Shown one piece after another: positions 45,816-54,239 of a stretch of 64,000 bases of DNA; the stretch's first letter is position 1, and each line of letters starts with the position of its first letter. Below the pieces are notes generated by a model. The model saw only the letters and a list, made by a program, of their open reading frames with translations, ran no database searches and had not been told where the DNA came from. Source of the DNA: a virus (lineage: Duplodnaviria; Caudoviricetes); the IMG/VR virus record IMGVR_UViG_3300033068_001495, positions 522 to 64,521 of that record; one strand, 5' to 3'. Made by a program: the position numbers and the translations under genes.

Positions 45816-47066
45816 ATGACCGTCCTCGACAGCCCACTACGCGCCGAAGTGCTCCTGGAGTTGTTCGACGCCGACACCGGCCGCAAGGTCGCCGACTCTG
45901 GCGGTGAGAACTACATCTCTCCCGCCGGACTCGCCTTCGCCAGATGGAAGACGCGCGACGCCTACATGAACGGGATGTCGACCATCGGCAACCAGGACAC
46001 AGCCCCGGGCGACCCGTTCCGCCAGGTGTACCTCAGCGACAGCGGCGCCACGATCGACACCGGATCGGACCATCCGGAAGGCGCCGTGATCGGCTGGGCC
46101 GACAAGACGGCTTATTCGGGTTCGGACCCCTACAGGGGTGGTCCGAACGTGACCGAATGCGAAGCGGACCTCGACCGGGCAAAGTGGGTGTTCGACTGGT
46201 CGACGAGCGCTGCGATTGGGACGATCAAGTCGGTCGGCTGGTGCTACAGCATCCGAGCGCCGGGCGGCACCTACCTGCCGTCGTTCAGCACCGACCCGGA
46301 TGACACCACTCCGCTCAATGGGTCGAGCATGGCCAGCACGCTGATGCCATCGGGGCTCGTGTACCGCGGCACCACGGGCACCACGCAACCGAAGTTGATC
46401 GACCCCGTCACCCTGGCCAACGCTGGAGACTTCGGGCCGACACCAGTTCAGGTCAACGCTGGCATGGTCGGGATCAAGGGCGCCGCCCACGACGGGGTAT
46501 CGATGTACGTGGTCGGCGCCGCGGCTGCTGCCACCATCTGGAAGTTCCCGTTGCCGACCGGAACCGGGGCCGTCACGGCCACATCGATCACCGTTCCAGG
46601 GGCCACGAACCTCCAGGGCATCGCGTACGACGGAACGATGCTCTGGGTGGCCGACAAGGGCACCGGCAAGATGTTCCGAGTCGACAAGACGACCGGTGCC
46701 ATCGACCGTCAGTTCTCGATCAGCACCGACGGAGTCTGCTCCGTTTCCTTCAACCCGGCCAGGAACACGCTCCTGCTCACCGACGGCGTCTCTAGCCCCG
46801 TGACGCTCGGTTCCTACTTCACCGAGTTCGACCTCGACGGCAATGTCGTTGGGCGGATCGTCCCGCCAGCCAGCGCGGGTGTGCCGACCACCTACAACAT
46901 CGTGCCGCTCGGCGGAACCGCGTACCTGTTCGACTACTACAACGGCTCGTTCACTCGGCTGGAGCGCAACGACGTCAAGGTCGGAAGCAGGATCTTGCTG
47001 CCATCCCCGGTGACGAAGTCGTCGCTCCAGACGATGAAGCTCACCTACACGTTCACGTACTCCTGA
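45816..47066 (+). CDS. minor tail / receptor-binding protein with beta-propeller repeats
   Basis: GIAYDGTMLWVAD..TGKMFRVD, GAAHDGVSMYVV; last structural gene. Confidence 0.65.
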   Translation: MTVLDSPLRAEVLLELFDADTGRKVADSGGENYISPAGLAFARWKTRDAYMNGMSTIGNQDTAPGDPFRQVYLSDSGATIDTGSDHPEGAVIGWADKTAYSGSDPYRGGPNVTECEADLDRAKWVFDWSTSAAIGTIKSVGWCYSIRAPGGTYLPSFSTDPDDTTPLNGSSMASTLMPSGLVYRGTTGTTQPKLIDPVTLANAGDFGPTPVQVNAGMVGIKGAAHDGVSMYVVGAAAAATIWKFPLPTGTGAVTATSITVPGATNLQGIAYDGTMLWVADKGTGKMFRVDKTTGAIDRQFSISTDGVCSVSFNPARNTLLLTDGVSSPVTLGSYFTEFDLDGNVVGRIVPPASAGVPTTYNIVPLGGTAYLFDYYNGSFTRLERNDVKVGSRILLPSPVTKSSLQTMKLTYTFTYS

Positions 47067-47070
47067 GCCG

Positions 47071-47502
47071 ATGCTGTGGCTCGCGATCGTCTTCGGGTGG
47101 ACCCCCTCGGCCGCCACTGTCACCGCGTGGATGCCTGCGCTGGTCTGCCTCGTGGGAGCTGGAGTCACACTGAAAGGGCGACGAGACGAGACGCGGTCGA
47201 AGACCGCGGCGGAGACGGCGGCTGCGCAGGCGAACAACGCCGCAGAGCGGACCAAGGCGAAGGCCCGGGACTCGGAGATGGCACTCCGCACGATGCAGCA
47301 GCTGCTCGACTCGGAGCGCCGCGAGAAGCAGGCGATGATCGACCAGTACCAGGAGGAGGTCGGCTCCTACCGTGCGGAGCTGATCTCGGTGCGGAACGCG
47401 TACCGCTCGTGTGAAGGGCGGTGCGACGAGGTACTGACGCTGAACAGGCAGCTCCAAGACCGGATCGCCGATCTCGAACGTCATACCGAAGGACCATCAT
47501 GA
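47071..47502 (+). CDS. membrane-anchored coiled-coil protein (lysis cassette)
   Basis: N-terminal TM helix followed by a long coiled coil. Confidence 0.6.
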   Translation: MLWLAIVFGWTPSAATVTAWMPALVCLVGAGVTLKGRRDETRSKTAAETAAAQANNAAERTKAKARDSEMALRTMQQLLDSERREKQAMIDQYQEEVGSYRAELISVRNAYRSCEGRCDEVLTLNRQLQDRIADLERHTEGPS

Positions 47503-47954
47503 ACAGGCCTCGCCCTCTCCACCGACTCGGCAAGATGTTCGACTGGACCGGTGACCTGCTGGCCAGGATGTTCCACCACCCATCGGTGTGGCTGGAACAG
47601 AAGCTGTCGCGGTATCCGCACATCTTCCAGACCGCCCGGGCAGCGTGCTGGGTGATCGGCGCGACGATCGTCGTGGCGTCGGTGATCCAGATCCAGCTCA
47701 TCGGGATCGGCAAGAGCGAAGAGCGGTTGGCCACCTCGGAGGAGAACCAAGAGATCCTCCGCGAGGTGCGCGACCTGGCCGAGGTCGCGGCGGACGTCAC
47801 CGGGCCCGACGCCGTCCAGCAGCAGGCTGACTACTTCGCGAAGATCCTCGCGGTGGCCGACTGCAACAACGCCGAGCGGTTCAACCAGTTCATCCGCGGG
47901 CTGGAGCAAGAGGGTCTACTCGTGCCCGGGCGGATTGTGCTCAACTGTCCGTGA
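47499..47954 (+). CDS. membrane protein (lysis cassette)
   Basis: One TM helix; ATGA-coupled. Confidence 0.55.
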   Translation: MNRPRPLHRLGKMFDWTGDLLARMFHHPSVWLEQKLSRYPHIFQTARAACWVIGATIVVASVIQIQLIGIGKSEERLATSEENQEILREVRDLAEVAADVTGPDAVQQQADYFAKILAVADCNNAERFNQFIRGLEQEGLLVPGRIVLNCP

Positions 47955-47969
47955 TCGACGGAGGTACCG

Positions 47970-48641
47970 ATGGCGACCGCAACCGACGTGGTAGGGCAGG
48001 CGCTGACGAAGCGAGGACGCCCGTACGTGTGGGGCGCCAAGGGCCCCGAGCAGTTCGACTGCTCCGGGCTGACGTGGTGGTCGTGCCGCCAGGAGGGCAT
48101 CGAGCTGCCCCACGGTGCGCAGAACCAGCGTGACTACCTCCGGCGCGCCGGGCTCCTGATCCCGGTGGCCGACGCGCTGCGCCAGGTGAGCATCTTGTTC
48201 CGCATCGACGAGGGCCCATCGAACGACCACGTCGCGTTCTCGCTGGGCAACGGGTCGACCATGGAAGCCCACTCGAAGGCGAAGGGCTGCAACATCTTCT
48301 CGGCGACTGTCGGCCGCCGGTGGACCCACGCCGCGCTGATCCCCGGCACGACCGCTACCCCCGAGGCCCCCGCCGCGCCGGTGCCCGGCCCGGTCGACCT
48401 CGCTGCCATCGCGTTCCTGCTCAGCGTCGCGAAGAAGCGGATCTACCGGTTCGGTGACGTCGACCCCGGCGTGAAGTTCATCCAGGCGGGCATCAACAAC
48501 CTCGACGCGTCACGCAACCTGGCCGTCGACGGCGCGTTCGGGCCCGACACCTGGAAGGCCATCGTCGACCTGCAGCGGTGGTTCGGGCTGAACATGGACG
48601 GCATCGTCGGCCCGCAGACGTGGGGCATCCTGTACCCGTGA
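47970..48641 (+). CDS. endolysin: NlpC/P60 peptidase plus peptidoglycan-binding domain
   Basis: GRPYVWGAKGPEQFDCSGL, HVAF; C-terminal VDG.FGPDT..AI..LQ...GL..DGIVGPQTW. Confidence 0.9.
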   Translation: MATATDVVGQALTKRGRPYVWGAKGPEQFDCSGLTWWSCRQEGIELPHGAQNQRDYLRRAGLLIPVADALRQVSILFRIDEGPSNDHVAFSLGNGSTMEAHSKAKGCNIFSATVGRRWTHAALIPGTTATPEAPAAPVPGPVDLAAIAFLLSVAKKRIYRFGDVDPGVKFIQAGINNLDASRNLAVDGAFGPDTWKAIVDLQRWFGLNMDGIVGPQTWGILYP

Positions 48642-48651
48642 GGAGCGACCG

Positions 48652-49128
48652 GTGAAGAAGATCCCGAAGAAGTGGCTCGACCTGCTGAAGGGCCTCGCCC
48701 GCACCGGCGTGCCCGTCGGCGTCGCCGCGGCCGTCACGTGGCTGCGAGCGCGCGGCATCATCGTCCCCGAGTGGGGCGGCCAGTACGCCATCCCGGTCGC
48801 GTCGGGCATCGCGTACTGGCTGATCGTCCGGCTCGGCGAGATCAAGCTGTCGCCGAGGTGGGGTGTCCTGCTGCTGGCCATCGGCCAACCGGTGTACGAG
48901 ACGGCCGCTCAGGCGCTCGACCCGACCACGAAGGCGGAGCTGATCGAGGTGCCCGCCACGTCCGCAACCCCCCGCGCAACCCCCCGCGTGTCGGTGTCCG
49001 GATCCGGGCCCGACGCGCAGGGCCTCGCCTCTGTTCTGGCGCCAGGTGACGACCCGAACGCCCTTGATCCAGAAGGCCCGCAGGCCCCCGGCGAACTCCC
49101 CGCGTGGGCAATTCCGCACGATCAGTAG
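48652..49128 (+). CDS. holin-like membrane protein
   Basis: Two to three TM segments directly after the endolysin. Confidence 0.65.
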   Translation: MKKIPKKWLDLLKGLARTGVPVGVAAAVTWLRARGIIVPEWGGQYAIPVASGIAYWLIVRLGEIKLSPRWGVLLLAIGQPVYETAAQALDPTTKAELIEVPATSATPRATPRVSVSGSGPDAQGLASVLAPGDDPNALDPEGPQAPGELPAWAIPHDQ

Positions 49129-49134
49129 CGCCCG

Positions 49135-49545
49135 CTGAGCGGTCCGCGATATACCTTCGCCCACGGGATCGAGGGTCCTGTACCTGGCTAGTAGCGGTCC
49201 CCCTGGCCTCCGGGGTAGGGTGACCGTCGAGGTGCTCCGTGAGGTCACTTCTCGTACCCAGCCAGGTACGCCCACGAGCCGTCACTCCTTCGGGGGTGGC
49301 GGCTCGTCTCGTTCCCCGGTAGGCGTCTCTCCGAATGCATGCGGCGAGTCCAGGCAGATCAGCACCCGCGGCCACAGGGGACGCCGGGTCCCGCCTGGCG
49401 TGCCCTCCCACGAGCATCGGAGCGTCGAGCCCCCCGGACCCCCCTGCATTGGTGGGGTTCTCCATCATCGATGGAAGGGCTCCCTCTGGGAGCCCGAACC
49501 ACCGCGACGGTGGAGGTAGAGAGTGACGCGCGCGGTACCCCGAGC
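49135..49545 (+). ncRNA. candidate large structured non-coding RNA
   Basis: About 420-nt gap without a credible ORF; stems 49180-49189/49260-49269; 15-bp hairpin with UUCG loop 49274-49307; multiloop 49456-49500; -10-like TACCTT at 49152-49157. Confidence 0.55.
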
Positions 49546-49550
49546 GACTC

Positions 49551-49610
49551 AACTATTGACACGTGTGGTAAGATGGTGGTGCGGTCGAGTTCTGGCCGCG
49601 ACCTGGCTGA
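49551..49610 (+). promoter_or_regulatory. AACTATTGACA motif plus ACCTGGCTGA UTR box
   Basis: AACTATTGACA 49551-49561; box 49601-49610; GAGGAG RBS; no clear -10 at the canonical spacing. Confidence 0.6.
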
Positions 49611-49631
49611 CATCGATACGAGGAGACGCTC

Positions 49632-49865
49632 ATGCAGTTCACCGTCACCATCCAGACCCGAGGAGGGTCGATGGAGTTCCACCGGCACGGCGAGTCCGCG
49701 GCCGGTACCACCGCCCGGCACTTCCGGGCGCTCGGCTACCCGACCGTCGTGACCGACGTGCACGGCACCCCGGTCGACATTCCGGTCGCGCCGTTCACCC
49801 CGGCCGAGCAGGCCCACTACGACCAGATGGCCGCCGCCGCCCAGCACGAGGAGGTGAACGCGTGA
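49632..49865 (+). CDS. hypothetical early protein
   Basis: GAGGAG RBS. Confidence 0.65.
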   Translation: MQFTVTIQTRGGSMEFHRHGESAAGTTARHFRALGYPTVVTDVHGTPVDIPVAPFTPAEQAHYDQMAAAAQHEEVNA

Positions 49866-50014
49866 CGAACCCACTGATCTACCCGGCGCTGTTCGCCGCC
49901 TTCGGGCTGCTGCTCGTTGCCGGTGACCTCGTGCTGGCCGCCGCCCAGCGCCGAGCCAGCACCCGCCGCCGGGCCGCACGTCGTGCGCATCCGTCTCGGG
50001 TGGGTGCACGATGA
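49862..50014 (+). CDS. small membrane protein
   Basis: GAGG RBS; TM helix plus basic tail. Confidence 0.55.
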   Translation: MTNPLIYPALFAAFGLLLVAGDLVLAAAQRRASTRRRAARRAHPSRVGAR

Positions 50015-50322
50015 TCGACCTCCTCCAGCCACCGGAGCTGCACCGCATCACCGAGCGCGACGGCGGCCCCGACCTCGATGACCTCGTCAACGTGATCCGC
50101 TACCTGCGCGAGAACGGCGTCCAGGTCGTGACGGGGACGATGGCCCGACGGATCGGTCACGAGTCCTACAACCGGCTCCACCTGTCGTGGTACCCGGGTG
50201 ACGCTTGGATGCGCCAGTTCCGACTGAACGAGGCGATCCCCGCTGAGGTCGACGAGGCCAGCAGCGCGGTGTTCGTCGGCCCGGACGGCACCGTGTACGA
50301 CGAGAACCGGGAGGCGCTGTGA
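50011..50322 (+). CDS. hypothetical protein
   Basis: ATGA-coupled. Confidence 0.6.
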   Translation: MIDLLQPPELHRITERDGGPDLDDLVNVIRYLRENGVQVVTGTMARRIGHESYNRLHLSWYPGDAWMRQFRLNEAIPAEVDEASSAVFVGPDGTVYDENREAL

Positions 50323-50624
50323 TGGACTGGCCGACCACCACCCGTGAGTTCGCCCGGATCTTCGGCCCGCATCAGCAGCGCGCGACCGTCCCCCGCGGGA
50401 TCTCCGGTCAGAACTTCATGACCCCGGACCTGCTCGGCTTCGTCGCGGCGTCCACCGGCGAGGTCGTCGAGGTCTCCACCGGCACCGGGTTCTCCGGTGA
50501 ACGGATCTTCGGCGTCACGTTCGCCAGGCTCGAAGGCGGCCGGGTCGATCCCCGGGACACCGCGCTGTGGTCGCTGACCGAGGTCGCCGAACTGCTCGGC
50601 ATCGACGCTCGGGAGGCGCTGTGA
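50322..50624 (+). CDS. hypothetical protein
   Basis: GGAGG RBS; coupled. Confidence 0.6.
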   Translation: MDWPTTTREFARIFGPHQQRATVPRGISGQNFMTPDLLGFVAASTGEVVEVSTGTGFSGERIFGVTFARLEGGRVDPRDTALWSLTEVAELLGIDAREAL

Positions 50625-50812
50625 GCCGCGCCCAACACTCCATCACGCCGAACGAGCGAGGTCAGTACCCGGTGTGGTGCGATCCGTGCGACATGTCCGG
50701 CGAGTTCCCGTCGATCGAGATGGCCATCCAGGCGCGCCGCGAGCACCTGTGCGTCGGTGAGGTCCCTTCGGCTTCATGGCCCGGTTGGGCCCACGCTGGG
50801 ATTCCGTCGTGA
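50621..50812 (+). CDS. small Zn-finger protein
   Basis: WCDPC...EHLC. Confidence 0.55.
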   Translation: MSRAQHSITPNERGQYPVWCDPCDMSGEFPSIEMAIQARREHLCVGEVPSASWPGWAHAGIPS

Positions 50813-51171
50813 AGCCGTTTCGGCTCGAAGCCGACATGGAGCACGACGGCTACGCCGTGGTCGACCGGGAGCGCGACGAGATCGCCGGGTGGGTCTGCCG
50901 ATCATCCGTGATCCGGTCCGCACCCTCCGGACGGATGACTTCCCGGGAGGTAACCGTCTGGGTCGTGCGCGACCATCGCGACGAGCCATGCCCTGCACTG
51001 CTCAGCGACACCCGCGCCGACGCTGCGGAGTCGGTCTGGACTGAGTGGCTGTCACACCTGGCGGCCGAAGACGTCGCCGTGGACAGCAATCTTGGACTCG
51101 AAGCGATCCCTATGCTGGACGCCGTGGATGGTGACGGTGACCTGATCGCCCAGTTCGGGGATCTCGGGTGA
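50809..51171 (+). CDS. hypothetical protein
   Basis: GTGA-coupled. Confidence 0.55.
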   Translation: MKPFRLEADMEHDGYAVVDRERDEIAGWVCRSSVIRSAPSGRMTSREVTVWVVRDHRDEPCPALLSDTRADAAESVWTEWLSHLAAEDVAVDSNLGLEAIPMLDAVDGDGDLIAQFGDLG

Positions 51172-51434
51172 CCGCGGTCGAGTTCGCTGAGATCGTCCGG
51201 CAGGAGACGACCGCTGCGCGCCGCAGAGACGTGCACGTGTCGATCGGGTTCCGTGTCGACCCGACGGCCGAGCACCGGTCCGCCCGGCGCGGCACGAACG
51301 GGTCGTCGTGGATCGTGACGCTGCCCGCGGTCAAGGACCGCGACGAGGACTCCGTCCGCAAGGATGTGCGCGACGGCATCGAGTACGCCGCCCGTCAGCC
51401 CGTCGTGTTCCTGTGCGCACGAGGTGCCCGGTGA
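51168..51434 (+). CDS. hypothetical protein
   Basis: GTGA-coupled. Confidence 0.55.
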   Translation: MTAVEFAEIVRQETTAARRRDVHVSIGFRVDPTAEHRSARRGTNGSSWIVTLPAVKDRDEDSVRKDVRDGIEYAARQPVVFLCARGAR

Positions 51435-51706
51435 CCGACACCGTCGACGACGACGCGTATCTCCGGGAACGCCAGATCAGGGTCGAGTCGCTGTTCCGCC
51501 AGGTGGTGGACGAACTCGACGAGTGCGACATCGAAGTAGTCCACGAGCTGAAGGTCAGGATCGCGGCGTCGAAGCCGATGACGGCCTGCCCGCCCGGGGT
51601 CACCGAGATGTGGTGGACCGAACTCCGTAGGCTGGTCGGTGGACCGGTCATGCGGAAACGACTGTGGTCGGTACTCATCGACCAGGAAGCGAGACGATCC
51701 AGATGA
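51431..51706 (+). CDS. hypothetical protein
   Basis: GAGG RBS; GTGA-coupled. Confidence 0.55.
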   Translation: MTDTVDDDAYLRERQIRVESLFRQVVDELDECDIEVVHELKVRIAASKPMTACPPGVTEMWWTELRRLVGGPVMRKRLWSVLIDQEARRSR

Positions 51707-51903
51707 CCGACGAAGTGCGCAGGGTGAGCCCCGGCTACGAGATCCGCCGCGACGACGGCGGGCTCACCGCACGCGAGCGCCAGGTCATCGGCCTTCTCCA
51801 CGAGGGCAAGACGCAGATCTCGATCGCTGAGGAGATGGGCCTGACCCGCCAGCGCGTGTCCGCGATCGCGAAGTCCGCACGAGCGAAGATCGCCGCCACC
51901 TAA
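51703..51903 (+). CDS. LuxR / sigma-70 region 4-type HTH protein
   Basis: LTARERQVIGLLHEGKTQISIAEEMGLTRQRVSAI. Confidence 0.8.
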   Translation: MTDEVRRVSPGYEIRRDDGGLTARERQVIGLLHEGKTQISIAEEMGLTRQRVSAIAKSARAKIAAT

Positions 51904-51958
51904 CTATTGACACGCGCTGAGGGCTCGCCGTAGCGTGAGTCCCGTAGTACCTGGCTGA
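51902..51958 (+). promoter_or_regulatory. AACTATTGACA promoter plus GTACCTGGCTGA UTR box
   Basis: TTGACA 51907-51912, 18 nt, TAGCGT 51931-51936; box 51947-51958; GAGGAG RBS. Confidence 0.75.
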
Positions 51959-51974
51959 ACAACCGAGGAGTCCC

Positions 51975-52427
51975 ATGACCACCATGTCCGATCACGCCAT
52001 CGCGCTGCTGTCGCCGAACGACCAGCGCACCATCCTGGCGGCGCCCGTCCTACGCAGCTTGCTGCCCGCATCGACCACGGTCACCGTCGGTGTGTGCGAG
52101 GAGTTCACCTACCCGTTCCTCGGCATCAAGCTGACCTCGCCGCTCGTCGACGACGGCGTGTACGAGGAGTGGCTGACCATCACCATCACGGAGGACACCA
52201 CCTACGGGATCGAGGCGCACTCCGACTGCGTGTTCGTCGCGGCGTCGGAGAACGACCCGCTGAAGATGGCCGAGCTGTTCCTCGGGCTGATCCGCAGCCA
52301 CCTGTTCGAGGTCGAGTCGCGGCGGGCCCGGTACTGCACCGGGTCGGTCGACGACCACGACGTGCTCCGCCACAACGTCGACGACGGCGCCTGCCCCATC
52401 CACCCCGACGCGGAGCTGGACCAGTGA
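51975..52427 (+). CDS. hypothetical protein
   Basis: GAGGAG RBS; C-terminal C...H....CPIH. Confidence 0.65.
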   Translation: MTTMSDHAIALLSPNDQRTILAAPVLRSLLPASTTVTVGVCEEFTYPFLGIKLTSPLVDDGVYEEWLTITITEDTTYGIEAHSDCVFVAASENDPLKMAELFLGLIRSHLFEVESRRARYCTGSVDDHDVLRHNVDDGACPIHPDAELDQ

Positions 52428-52681
52428 GAGGCCGCCTCGGTCGTCGACAGCTGGACGTCCTGCGTGCAGCTGAGAGCGGAAGAGCATCTACCGGCCATGC
52501 TGGTCGCGGAAGGATGCTCGTCTACGGAGCCAGCGAGGTCTATGAATCTGACGTCTTGGATTCGCTGCTCGATCGAGGCCTCGTGGATCTCGTAGACGAC
52601 GGCAAGCTCGTCAACGGTCACAAGGTGGTTCTGACAGAACAGGGACGCAAGGCCATGACAGATCTGAGGGGATCAGCGTGA
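52424..52681 (+). CDS. winged-helix-like small protein
   Basis: QLDVLRAA...LDSLLDRGLV...VLTEQGRKA. Confidence 0.55.
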   Translation: MRGRLGRRQLDVLRAAESGRASTGHAGRGRMLVYGASEVYESDVLDSLLDRGLVDLVDDGKLVNGHKVVLTEQGRKAMTDLRGSA

Positions 52682-53103
52682 CGGAGTGCAACGGGTGTGG
52701 CCAGTGCTGCTCGCCTGTCGTGTTGCCGTACACGCGGGAGCAGGCACAGATGCTGCCGCCGTGGGAACGCCAGAAGATGTTCACCGACCGCGAGTGGCGC
52801 TGGCTCATGGACGACCTCGTCCCCATCGGCCGCCCCGAAGGCTTGGCCCGCGCGCCGTACCTGACTACCGGCAAGACGACGGTCATGGTCGACGGCACCG
52901 GCGAGGTCGTCCTGTGGTCGAACTTCTACAGGTGCCGCCATTACGACGAAACCTCCCACCGGTGCGGTTCGTACGAGGACCGCCCCGAGGTCTGCGCGGA
53001 CTTCCCGTGGTACGGCGCCGGTCCTGACCCGTCGAAGGCGCTGCCTCCGGCGTGCTCGTTCAACGGTGACGTCGGCCGCCCGGTCGCCGTCGAGATCAGC
53101 TGA
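52678..53103 (+). CDS. YkgJ-family Cys-cluster (Zn or Fe-S) protein
   Basis: CNGCGQCC, YRCRHYD...RCGSYEDRPEVCADFPW. Confidence 0.85.
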   Translation: MTECNGCGQCCSPVVLPYTREQAQMLPPWERQKMFTDREWRWLMDDLVPIGRPEGLARAPYLTTGKTTVMVDGTGEVVLWSNFYRCRHYDETSHRCGSYEDRPEVCADFPWYGAGPDPSKALPPACSFNGDVGRPVAVEIS

Positions 53104-53120
53104 CTGTCTCACCCCACCCG

Positions 53121-53150
53121 TACGATTGTCTTACACCTGGCTCCGAGGAG
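53121..53150 (+). promoter_or_regulatory. -10 (TACGAT) plus degenerate operator plus ACCTGGCT box
   Basis: TACGAT 53121-53126, ATTGTCTTACACC 53125-53137, ACCTGGCT 53135-53142, GAGGAGG RBS. Confidence 0.55.
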
Positions 53151-53160
53151 GATCCCACCC

Positions 53161-54150
53161 ATGACCGACGACATCGCCCCGCCCGACCCATCACCTGAGC
53201 AGGAACCACCGCGCGTCGACGAAGACCCCGACGCGCTGGTCGAGGTGCCGACCAACTGGGAGTTCATCGGCGAACCCCCGACTGTCGAAGCGGTCGAGCT
53301 GCTGCTCACGTCGCTCGACGACCAGTGGGGCGTCCCCCCTGTCGCGTTCAAGGACTTCGTGCAGGCGCTCCCGACCCGCAAGAAGGTCAAGGTCGAGAGG
53401 GAGGTCGGCACCGGCGAGCGGCGCCGGGTGCAGAGCGTCGAGGAGTGGGTCGACGTGTGGACCCTCTACATGTCGGTCGCTGGGCGCATCGCCATGCTGA
53501 ACGCCTGCGCCGAGGTGAACCACTGGCGCGTCGACTTGGGCCCGTCGCTGACCGGCGTCAACGACCTGCCCATCGGCTTCATCGAGCACGGCCACACCAA
53601 CGAGGAGTTCCTCGTCTACCGCGAGGAGTGCACCATTTTCGTGGTCGGCTCTAGCACCGGCGACCAGGGCACCCCGCTCGGCACGAAGACCGGCACCGCG
53701 TGGGTCAAGGCGCGTGGCGGCCAGCAGGCGGCCGGGTCGAACCCGTACGAGAAGGTGGAGACGTCCGCCCGCGGCCGTGCGATCGGTGGCTGGGGCATCG
53801 GCATCCTCCCGGGCTCCGGTGTCGCGTCGGTCGAGGAGATGATGAACCGCACCAACCTGACGCCGTCGCAGAACCAGACGCCGTCCGGCCCGCGCAAGTC
53901 CCGCGAGGCGATGATCGAAGAGGCGCAGGGGCTCGTCGAGAAGGTGCGTGACCTGCGCGACGACGACCACGCGACGTCGCAGGAGAAGCTCATCGAGTTC
54001 GCCCACCGGGTCTACAAGCACGACGTGTCGACCGGCGGCGACGAGCCCGAGGTCGACTGGTCGAAGTGGCGCGACGGCCAGTTGCCCCTCCTGATCCAGA
54101 CGCTCGACGAGACGCGCCGCAAGCTGCTCGGCGACGACGCACCTGTCTAA
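53161..54150 (+). CDS. single-strand annealing recombinase (Rad52/Sak-like)
   Basis: YMSVAGRIAM...KTGTA...NPYEKVETSARGRAIGGWGIG. Confidence 0.65.
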   Translation: MTDDIAPPDPSPEQEPPRVDEDPDALVEVPTNWEFIGEPPTVEAVELLLTSLDDQWGVPPVAFKDFVQALPTRKKVKVEREVGTGERRRVQSVEEWVDVWTLYMSVAGRIAMLNACAEVNHWRVDLGPSLTGVNDLPIGFIEHGHTNEEFLVYREECTIFVVGSSTGDQGTPLGTKTGTAWVKARGGQQAAGSNPYEKVETSARGRAIGGWGIGILPGSGVASVEEMMNRTNLTPSQNQTPSGPRKSREAMIEEAQGLVEKVRDLRDDDHATSQEKLIEFAHRVYKHDVSTGGDEPEVDWSKWRDGQLPLLIQTLDETRRKLLGDDAPV

Positions 54151-54219
54151 CTATTGACACCGGGGGAACCCGCCCCCATGATGGCTGGGGTCGGGCTCCC
54201 GCCCGGCGCACCTGGCTGA
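54149..54219 (+). promoter_or_regulatory. AACTATTGACA promoter plus ACCTGGCTGA UTR box
   Basis: TTGACA 54154-54159, 17 nt, CATGAT 54177-54182; box 54210-54219; GAGAGGA RBS. Confidence 0.75.
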
Positions 54220-54239
54220 ACACCACGAGAGGACCATCC

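Noticed and set aside
1899-50624. AGGCGCTGTGA at four gene ends (1899, 12762, 50312, 50614)
   Set aside because: Explained by convergence on RBS (GAGG) plus GTGA stop/start coupling; too short and scattered to call a repeat family
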